Origin: an uncultured Actinomycetes bacterium | Lineage (GTDB): Bacteria; Actinomycetota; Actinomycetes; S36-B12; UBA10799 | DNA length: 64,000 bases | Direction: 5' to 3' | NCBI GenBank assembly: GCA_963842975.1 | Contig: CAWJIH010000006.1 | Span: 87,331-151,330, forward strand | Translations under genes and position numbers: made by a program | The notes under the pieces: generated by a model | Told to the model about the DNA's origin: nothing | The model's input: the letters and a program-made list of their open reading frames with translations, nothing else | The model's database searches: none | Shown here: positions 30,054-38,618 of the stretch, piece after piece | How the letters are laid out: the number at the start of each line of letters is the position of its first letter | How positions within the stretch are numbered: the stretch's first letter is position 1

Positions 30054-32789
30054 CTAGCGGTTGTGTCGGGAGCGGGCCAGCCATTTGCCGAGTTCCCAGA
30101 GTACGAATAGGGCCACAGCCGGTGCGGCTCCGATGAGCCACTGGGTCTGTGTCAACGACACGGTCTTGAGGAACGAAGGCAGGAATGTGCCCTCCGCGAT
30201 GAGCAAGGCGAGGCCGACTTCGACCAGCACCGTGATGTTCAATCTTCCGTTGTCGAACGTGCTTCGGGTCAGAATGGTGTCCTTCTCATCGCGGCTTTCA
30301 AAGGCCGCAATGATCAACATCAGCGAGAACGCAACCAGGCCCATCGTCGCGGCAACGTCGGCCTTGCCATACTCCCGCTCGCCGAACACGATCACCGCGT
30401 TGATCGACACCGCCATGAACAGGCCCACCAAGCCGACCGTGGTGATGACTCCCGGAGTCATGATCGACGCGCTCCTCGGCCGGGGCAGGCGCTTCATTAG
30501 CCCTGGGGTCTCCTTGTCCAGCCCGAGGGCGATGCCGACCGGGGCGGTGATCACGAAGTTGATCCAGAGGATTTGAGTTGCCGAGAACGGCTGCCCGCCA
30601 GCGATGTTGAGCACGCTAGCCATCAGGAAAGTCACGACGTAGGTGACGAGCGCGATCAACATGAACCGGATGTACTTGAGCATGTTGTCGTAGAGTTTCC
30701 GGCCTTCGGAAACCGCGCGGACGATGGTCGCGAAGTTGTCATCGGTGAGGATCATCCGGCCGGCGTTCTTGGCCACTTGGGTGCCCGATCCCATGGCGAT
30801 GCCGATGTCCGCGGACTTTGATCGCCGGGGCGTCGTTGACGCCGTCGCCGGTCATAGCCACCACGTCGCCCTTCTTGCGCAGGGTCTCGACCATCAGCAC
30901 TTTGTGCTCGGGAGCCACGCGTCCCACCACTCCGATGGCATCGATCCGATCGAGGCGCTCCGATTCGGACATCGCCGCCAATTCCGTGCCGAGGATCGCC
31001 TCACCGGGAATGCCCAGTTGTTTGGCTACGGCAGCCCCGGTGACGACATCGTCGCCAGTCACCATCCGCACCCGGATATTGGCGTCTTGGGCTGAGCGCA
31101 CAGCATCGAGCGACTCTGGCCGAGGCGGGTCGATCATTCCCACCAGCGCAGTCATTTCTAGTTCCTGGACCAGCGAGAGCAAATCGCCTGCCGGGTCGAA
31201 GTCGGCTGGGTCGAGGTCCTTCTGGGCGGCGGCCATGATGCGAAGCCCTTCGCCGCCGAGACGGTCCATCTCCTTGTTCACGCGGTCGTTGGCCTCGTCG
31301 TCCCACGGCACGGCCTTGCCTTTGGACAACGCTGTGGTCGCACGTCCGATCACAGCCGGTGCGGCACCCTTCACGAATACCCGCACAACGTCGTTGCCAG
31401 CATCATTTTTGGTCTGGCAGAAACAGGCCATGAGTTTGTAGGTCGGGTCGAACGGCAGTGTGGCCAAGCGCGGATACTCCGCCTGCGTGCCCTCTACGTT
31501 CAGTTTGCCTTGTGCCCAAGCACCAGCAGCGCGCCCTCGGTGGGGTCGCCGACGACTTTTCCATTGACCAGTTTGGCGTCGTTGGTGATGAGGAAGGGCA
31601 GGATCGCCGCCTCGATGCTGCTGGTATTGCCGACAGTGTGCTGTACCTCGCCGTCAAGGCCGTAGCCCATGCCGGTGATTGAGTATCGATCGGTGGGGTC
31701 GATCACCTCCACTACCGTCACTTGGTTCATCGTCAAGGTGCCGGTCTTGTCCGAGTTGATTGCCGAGGTCGATCCCAGCGTTTCCACCGAGTCCAGACTC
31801 TTCACCACAGCCCCGTGCGCGGCCAGATCGCGGGAACCGCTCGACAGGATCACCTGCAGCACCGTCGGCATCGCCATCGGCACCGCGGCCAGGGCCAGGG
31901 CGATGGCGGTCGTGAAGATCGTTTGCGTCGAGTCCCCGCGGGAGATGCCCAGCGCGAACATGATCGCGATGGTGAGGCCGGCCGCACCGGCGATCCACAG
32001 GGTGAGAGTGTCCAGTTGCTTGGTCAGCGGTGTCTTCACCGTCGGCGCGGACTTGAGCATGCCGGAGATCGTGCCGACCGCGGTGTCGGCTCCGGTCCCG
32101 GTCACAATCATCACGCCGCTGCCGTGGGTCACCGGGGTGTTCATGAACGCCATGTTGGACTGATCGCCCAGCACGGGGTTGGCGCCGGTGATCACCTCGA
32201 CGCTTTTGGCCGCTGGCACGCTCTCACCGGTGAGCGCCGACTCGTCGATTTGCAGCGAGGAAGCCTCGATCAGGCGCCCGTCGGCGCAGACGTCGTCACC
32301 GGCAGCGAGCAGCACGACATCGCCGATCACAACCTGGTCGGCGTCTACCTTCACCTCGGTGCCGTCTCGGCGCACCCGTGCAGTCGTCTTGAGCATCGAC
32401 TGCAGGGCGTTCATCGCGCTCTCGGCCTTGCCTTGCTGGCGCAGGCCGCCGAGCGCATTGATAGCGGTGATGACCAGTACGGCCACGCCCGTGCGGATCT
32501 GACCGATCACCAGCGAGGCGAGCGCCGCCACTACCAGGATGATCTGCATGTAGGACTTGTACTGCGCGAGAAAGAGTTTCCAGCCCGGAGGTTGCGCCTC
32601 CGCTGGTAGCGCGTTGGGCCCGTTGTCCGCGAGCCGCTTCGCGGCCGTCGCGGCGGACAGCCCCGTGGCTGGGTCGACCCCGACCTGTGTCGCCACCGCG
32701 TCCGGGTCGAGCGCATACCACTGTGGCTGAGATTCGTTCGCGCTGGATTGTGCCGGTCCTGAGCCGGACGCCTGTGTGCTGGCGGTCAT
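30054..32789 (-). CDS. P-type ATPase (P2-like scaffold), split by two single-base indels (about 31508 and 30820)
   Basis: LTGES, DKTGTLT, KGA, DPPR, MVTGD, GDGVNDAPA and DDNFATIV spread across ORFs 31500..33044, 30739..31467 and 30054..30794. Confidence 0.9.
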
Positions 32790-32856
32790 GACCACGGTCC
32801 TCTTCCTGCGCTCTTTGGGGACGTTGATGCAGTTGCTCCCGCGTCGCCTGTACGCG

Positions 32857-34227
32857 CTACCCCATCGACAGTAGTTCTTGCACGCGGCTTTGCGCCTGTT
32901 CAGCGGCGTCGGGTGGAATCGGTGTGGCCACCCCAACCCGTTGCTGCCAGCGTTGCAGCGCGACCACCCTCGCAGCGGCCTCCTCCGCCCGCTCGCGGGG
33001 AATCTCGCCGGAGGCGATGGCGGCAGCCACCTGCTGGTGCGCAAGCCGGGTGTCGGCCGGCATTAGTAGCAGGTCCGCGCCTGCCGCAAGGGCCGCCACC
33101 GAAGGGCTCTCCCAAGCCATCACCCCGCCCATCCCAAGCGAATCGGTAATGGCTACTCCTTCGAAATCGAATTCGTTTCGAAGCAGGTCGTAGGTTTCCG
33201 GGGCCAAACTGCTTGGCACCCCAGGCGCCACATCGGTGACGTTGAGGTGGCCGACCATGACCGCTGGTGCTCCAGCCGCAATGCTCACTGCGAAGGGTTT
33301 CAGATCGCGGGCACGGAGCTCGTCGAGGCTCGAACTGAGCACCGGAAGGGTTTGGTGGCTGTCCTCGGTGGCACTGCCATGGCCCGGGAAATGCTTCACA
33401 GTTGAGACGATGCCAGCCTCGTTGTAGCCGAGGACGGCTGCTGCTGCAGTTGCCCCAGCAACATCGGGATCACTTGAAGGTGAGCGGCTACCGATTGTCG
33501 GGTCGGCGGCGCCGATCGTCACGTCCGCCACCGGGGCGAACATCCAGGTGAAGCCGAAGTCCCGCAACTCAAGGGCAGCCGCTGCCATCGCAGCTTGCAC
33601 AACCGCGTCACCGCCAGGGCGAGCACCAACTACGCGACCGGCTTCCGCGAATGCCGGCAGGTCGGTGGTGACGCCATACAGGTGCGCCACCATGCCGCCT
33701 TCTTGATCCACACCTATCACCGGGGGGAAGTCACGTCCCGTTGCGGCGAAGGCTGAGATCACAGCTTGATTCACCGCTCGGACTTGCTGCTCGTCGACGA
33801 TGTTCGAGCCGGTCAGTTGCACACCCGCGAGATTCAGGTCGGCCACCAAAGATGATGCTTCGGCGGGATCAGTGCCGTACCAACGGCCAACGATCACTTG
33901 ACCTGCCAGTTGATCCGGGGTCCACCCCGCTACGAGTTCACGTGCGTCGTCGAGTTCGCCTACGGTGGGTCCCCAACCGGTGGGGGAAGTGGGGTCAGCC
34001 GCCGAATCCGACCCTGCGGGTGACTCGGCAGTTGCCGGGTCCGCCATTGACCCCTCGGAACCTGACGACGACTGTGAAGCTGATGCCGTGGGGGCATCAG
34101 AAGGTGTGGATCCGGAGTTGGCGCAGCCGACCACAACCATCGCCGCGGTCACCGCCAGAGCCGCGATCCGGCCCAACTTCCGGCGCGAGGCGCTCCTCGG
34201 CGGCGGGGCGGAAAAGAGGTGGCGCAT
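32857..34227 (-). CDS. nagZ: GH3 beta-N-acetylglucosaminidase (NagZ-type) lipoprotein
   Basis: VVGC lipobox; DQEGG; KHFPGHGSATEDSH NagZ signature; ITDSLGM nucleophile. Confidence 0.85.
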   Translation of the reverse strand: MRHLFSAPPPRSASRRKLGRIAALAVTAAMVVVGCANSGSTPSDAPTASASQSSSGSEGSMADPATAESPAGSDSAADPTSPTGWGPTVGELDDARELVAGWTPDQLAGQVIVGRWYGTDPAEASSLVADLNLAGVQLTGSNIVDEQQVRAVNQAVISAFAATGRDFPPVIGVDQEGGMVAHLYGVTTDLPAFAEAGRVVGARPGGDAVVQAAMAAAALELRDFGFTWMFAPVADVTIGAADPTIGSRSPSSDPDVAGATAAAAVLGYNEAGIVSTVKHFPGHGSATEDSHQTLPVLSSSLDELRARDLKPFAVSIAAGAPAVMVGHLNVTDVAPGVPSSLAPETYDLLRNEFDFEGVAITDSLGMGGVMAWESPSVAALAAGADLLLMPADTRLAHQQVAAAIASGEIPRERAEEAAARVVALQRWQQRVGVATPIPPDAAEQAQSRVQELLSMG

Positions 34228-34345
34228 CGTCGCGAGTGTAGCGACCTCGGAACCGTGGGCAATGAAGCCACACACGGTCACGCGCTGTTGTCAACGTGAA
34301 CAGGCTCACCCGTCACAGCCGGTGACCGATATGCCCATCACGCCA

Positions 34346-34351
34346 TATAAT
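34346..34351 (+). promoter_or_regulatory. Consensus -10 box for a probably leaderless imm-like transcript
   Basis: TATAAT 6 nt before ATG 34358; no SD sequence. Confidence 0.6.
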
Positions 34352-34357
34352 CGTCGT

Positions 34358-34591
34358 ATGTCGCAAATCAGAGTTGAATCTGCTGACCGCTCCTGGACGA
34401 CCACCAAGGTGGTAGCCGTCGTGGTAGCGATCCTCACCGCTGGATACATGCTGCCCTGGGCCATTGCAGCCGTTCGCGACGTGCCCCACTGGTCGGTTTT
34501 CTGGGTGAACCTGTTGTTGGGTTGGACCATCGTGGGGTGGATCATCGCGCTGGTGATGTCGCTTCGCGCCCAGCGCCTGGTGGTCGGCTAG
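34358..34591 (+). CDS. Superinfection-immunity (T4 Imm-like) small membrane protein
   Basis: YMLPWAIA...VNLLLGWTIVGWIIALVMS pattern characteristic of the Imm family. Confidence 0.82.
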   Translation: MSQIRVESADRSWTTTKVVAVVVAILTAGYMLPWAIAAVRDVPHWSVFWVNLLLGWTIVGWIIALVMSLRAQRLVVG

Positions 34592-34717
34592 GAACCTCGC
34601 CGAGTGGGCGTCGCCACGCCCCTCGCATAGACCTTCGCCTGCGTCGGTGATCGGCTCTCCTCGTGCATTCGCGTACCGTTGTGACCATCCGGCGCGAACA
34701 GGAGGGATGAAGCGCCC

Positions 34718-36995
34718 TTGAGTCACACCATCGTTGAGACCAGCGCCCCTTCACAGGGAGAACAGCACAGCCGTAGGCGGACGCTACGACCGGATATCCA
34801 GGGTCTGCGTGCCTTGGCTGTGCTCCTCGTGATTGCCAACCATTTGTGGGGTTGGCCTCGCGGTGGCTTCATCGGCGTGGATGTCTTTTTCGTGATTTCC
34901 GGGTTCCTCATCACCGGCCTTCTGATCCGCGAGCGGGAAGTGAGCGGCCGCATCAACTTCCGGGAGTTCTACGCCAGGCGGATGCGGCGGATCTTCCCCA
35001 TGGCGACCCTGGTGCTGATCGTCACCGTGGTGGGGGCCCAGTTCCTGCTCTTCCCGAGTGTCGCCGAGTCGACTCTGGTCGATGCGCTCTGGGCCTTCAT
35101 CTTCCTGGAAAACTGGCATCTGATCGCGGTGGGCACCGACTACTTCCACGCCGCCGACGGAATGTCTGCAGTGCAGCAGTACTGGTCGCTATCGGTCGAG
35201 GAGCAGTTCTACCTGGTCTGGCCGGCGGTCCTCGCTCTCGTGTGGTGGGCGTCGCGGCGCCGAGGCCTTGCCGGGCGTTGGCGATTCGACAGCCTCCGTG
35301 CCCTCCCGACAGTTGTGTTGGCGGTTATCACCGCGGCCTCCTTCGGGTGGGCGATGTACCGCACCGGCCAGGACCCGACGGCGGCCTACTTCGCCACCAC
35401 GACGCGGGTGTGGGAACTCGGAATCGGAGCCATCCTGGCATTCGTCGCCGTCCGATTGACCACCCTCCCGGATCGGCTGAGGTGGTGGGGTGCGCGGATC
35501 GGCATCGGCATCATCCTGGCCGCCGCATTCCTCCTCACCGCCGAGTCGCCATTCCCCGGCCCGTGGGCGTTGCTGCCGGTCCTTGGCACAGCACTGGTCC
35601 TTGCGGCCGGCACCACCTCATCCGCGGCAGGATGAGAGCCGGATCGGCCTGGTCACGGGCCCGGTGGCCGGCTACGTCGGGAAGATTTCCTACTCGCTGT
35701 ATCTGTGGCACTTGCCGGTCATCATTTTTGGGCTCGCGCTGTTTCCCGCAGCGCCGGCGACCTATGCCGCGATCCTCGTCGTGATTTTTGGGCTCTCAGC
35801 GGTGTCCTTCCGCTTCGTGGAGGAGCCGGTGCGCAAGTCGCGCTGGTTGTCCAAGCGGACGGCGCCGAACGGCGATGCGCCCGAGCAGTCGCAGCAGCGG
35901 ACCCGATCTCTACTGCGTCGCGCAGCCACCGCGGGCACCCTCCTGCTGCTCATTACGACACTTGTTCTGCTGACTTCGCACAACGTCGGCGGGCGCTCCG
36001 AGGTCGCGGCAACGCCGGGCGCTCAGATCGCCGACATTGATGTCGAGCAGTTCAGCGCACCGCCAAGCGGCGACGGATCGTTGGGTGGCTTTGAAGTCGA
36101 GTTTCCCGACGCCCAAGGCATCCATGAAGCCCACCTAGCCGCAGCGGTCGGCGGGACCGAATGGCCGGCTCTGCAGATCGGCCCCGACTGGGACGACTGG
36201 TCGGTGAACGTGAACTCCGGCGACTGCGCCACCGTCTTTACCGAGGCAAGGTACTGCACGTTCGAAACTCCAGGTGCCACCAAAACCGCCGTCTTGTTCG
36301 GTGACTCCCAGGTGGCCGCATGGTTCTCCGCGCTGCGCCCTGTCCTGGAATCCCAGGGATTCCGGATTCAGGTGTTCTACCTGGTCGGCTGCCCGGTGGC
36401 TGACGTGCCGATTCACGCCCACGCACGCAACGCTCCTCGAAACCTGGAATGCGAACAGTTTCGAGCCGACGTGATCGATCAGTTGTCCCGAATCTCACCC
36501 GACCTCACCGTGGTCTCCAGCTTCTGGCGGCAGCCAGAGTTGTCTTACAGCGGCGCGAGTGGACTCGACGCCGAAACGGAATGGCGCGATGGCATGACGC
36601 GGACGTTGGCCGCAGTCTCGGCGCACTCCGCCGACGTTGTGGCACTCGACAGCCCGCCCGGAGCGGAGTCAATCAAGCGATGCCAAACTGCCGGCTCGAG
36701 CCCGGCGGACTGCGAGCGAGAAGTGCCTGCCCTGGCGGCGGTGGTAGCAAGGCTCAACGCAGAGGCTGTTGCAGCGGTGAATGCTGGCAATGCTGGTGCG
36801 CCCGAAGGTGTCGGCAACGTCCGACACCAGAGCGTGGGTCATTGGTTCTGCACAGCAGACACATGTCCGGCCGTGCTGGGTGATTTGCCGATCTACACAG
36901 ACGGCATTCACATGTCGCCGATCTATGCGCACTACCTGGCGCCGTTGGCGGGCCCGGTGGTGTTGGGGTTGGAGCCCCCGGCCAACCCCGCTTGA
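34718..36995 (+). CDS. Acyltransferase-3 plus SGNH O-acyltransferase (OatA/OafA-like), frameshift near 35631
   Basis: DIQGLRALAV, GVDVFFVISGFLIT, WSLSVEEQFY; second frame ISYSLYLWH, GDSQ and DGIH. Confidence 0.88.
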
Positions 36996-37011
36996 GGCTG
37001 CCGAGCTGGCC

Positions 37012-38283
37012 TCAACCGATCTTCAGCGCGCACTCCCAGGGGCGCCAACCTGATCTTTGGTAGTAGGTCCATGCCACGTAGTCCTGCTGCGCCTTGGTGG
37101 CCTGGTGTGGGAACTCTGCAAACTGTCCGCCGCCGTTCCAATGCCAGGACGGGTAGTCGAACTGCCAGGCTCCGTAGTAGCCGTTGCCGGTGTTGATCGA
37201 GTAGTTGCCGCTCGATTCGCACATCTTGATGGCCTGGGAGTAGGGACTGTCGGCCCAGGATGAGACGTCTGATGGCGCGCCACCGCCGGTGGCCGGTGCG
37301 GCCTGCACCGGCGATGGCGCCGGTGAGCTCTGGGCTTGCTGCTGGGCGGCGGCTGCGGCCTGGTTGGCGATCTGCTGTTGCGCCTGGGCTTGCGCCGCGG
37401 CTTGAGCGGCGGCAGCTTGAGACGCCGCTGCGGCCTGCGCTGCTGCTTGGTCGGCGGCTGCGGCCTGGGCCTGCCACTGGGCCACCACCGCTGCGGCAAC
37501 AGCAACTTGGCGGTACTGCTCCGCGGCCGCCGCTTCTGCTTCGGCTTGGCGGCGGGCTGCCTCAGCCGCTGCCCTGGCCTCTTCTTCGGCGCGCACCCGC
37601 GCCGCTTCCTGCTCAGCCGCTATCCGGGCGGCCTCGCGAGCAGCGGCGATAGCTTCAGCGATTCTGCGCCGCTCCTCTTCCTGCAGGCGTGCGAGTTCCA
37701 CTTCGGCTTGTTCCAGGGCCAGGCGGGAGGCGTCTCGGGCTGCCTCCAACTCCTGCGTGATCTGCGCCTGCTCGTCACGCTGTTCCGTGACGGCTGCTTC
37801 AAACTTCGCCACGACGGCCGCGGCTTGATCGGCCTTCGACACGACTGTGCTTTGCTGGTCGCCCGCGGCAGCCACCCGCTCAAGGTCGCGCAGGAAGGTA
37901 TCGGGGTCCTGCAGCGCGAAACCTGCGGTGGCGTTGTCCATGCCGCCATTCACGTACATCTGTCGGGCGAGTTGAGCCAGCGCGCGCTTTTCGGTATCGA
38001 GCGCCGCTCGGGCTGCTTGGAGGTCTGCGGTGACCTTGTCCAAGGCCGCCTGACTCTCTGCGAGTGACTGCCGCGCGGCCACCGCCCGCTCAGAAGCGTT
38101 GGCACTTTCGGCCTCAAGCGCGCGAACTCGCTGCTCCACAGCCGCGATCTCGACGGAATCGGCGGCCGCCGGGTTCGTCGAGCCGAGAACAGACGCGCCG
38201 ATCGCCAGGCAGCAGACTGCACCACCGATGATTGGCAGTCGGTGGTACCGCGTGACGGGTGGGGCAAGACGCACGATCCGCAT
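37012..38283 (-). CDS. Secreted coiled-coil protein with C-terminal Rpf/transglycosylase domain
   Basis: Signal peptide; long coiled coil; CESSGNYSINTGNGYYGAWQFD...WRPWEC. Confidence 0.9.
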   Translation of the reverse strand: MRIVRLAPPVTRYHRLPIIGGAVCCLAIGASVLGSTNPAAADSVEIAAVEQRVRALEAESANASERAVAARQSLAESQAALDKVTADLQAARAALDTEKRALAQLARQMYVNGGMDNATAGFALQDPDTFLRDLERVAAAGDQQSTVVSKADQAAAVVAKFEAAVTEQRDEQAQITQELEAARDASRLALEQAEVELARLQEEERRRIAEAIAAAREAARIAAEQEAARVRAEEEARAAAEAARRQAEAEAAAAEQYRQVAVAAAVVAQWQAQAAAADQAAAQAAAASQAAAAQAAAQAQAQQQIANQAAAAAQQQAQSSPAPSPVQAAPATGGGAPSDVSSWADSPYSQAIKMCESSGNYSINTGNGYYGAWQFDYPSWHWNGGGQFAEFPHQATKAQQDYVAWTYYQRSGWRPWECALKIG

Positions 38284-38386
38284 GAGTCCTGCACGTTAGC
38301 GGCCAGAGCGGCGGTCGGGGTGGAGGCGCGCCCGAGTAGGTTCCGAGTGCGGTATCGGGCGAATTTTACTCAAGCATTGCAGTCCC

Positions 38387-38402
38387 TGTGACCCATGTCA
38401 CT
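38387..38402. promoter_or_regulatory. CRP/GlxR-type binding site between the divergent rpf genes
   Basis: TGTGA-CCCATG-TCACT versus consensus TGTGA-N6-TCACA. Confidence 0.6.
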
Positions 38403-38447
38403 CGAATGGCCCATAGCTTCCTCTTGAGTCTCGGTAACGTTCCCGCT

Positions 38448-38602
38448 ATCACGCACCGACGGCGCAAGCCGCACGTGATCTGCCGAGTCACCAGGGGTGC
38501 GCACTCCAGATGAGTGCGACGACCTCGGCGTACCGGCCCCGACGCCATATTGGCCGGGGCACACGACGCTGCGAGAACATGCGCAGCGCTCGCGGGAGGC
38601 AG
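38448..38602 (+). ncRNA. Structured 5' leader; putative cis-regulatory RNA related to the c-di-AMP riboswitch outer junction
   Basis: TAACGT -10 at 38435-38440; several nested helices; closing CTGCC/GGCAG stem just before the AAGGAGG RBS. Confidence 0.55.
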
Positions 38603-38618
38603 TTGTGCAAGGAGGATC

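Noticed and set aside
30810-31515. Programmed ribosomal frameshifting in the P-type ATPase
   Set aside because: No X XXY YYZ slippery heptamers at the junctions; similar indels occur in unrelated genes
38500-38518. GCACTC...GAGTGC resembling a second CIRCE
   Set aside because: Spacer is 5 nt, not 9, and the outer bases do not match; better explained as an RNA hairpin in the rpf leader
38480-38602. Calling the leader a canonical c-di-AMP (ydaO) riboswitch
   Set aside because: The conserved inner-half sequences are absent; reported as a variant candidate instead
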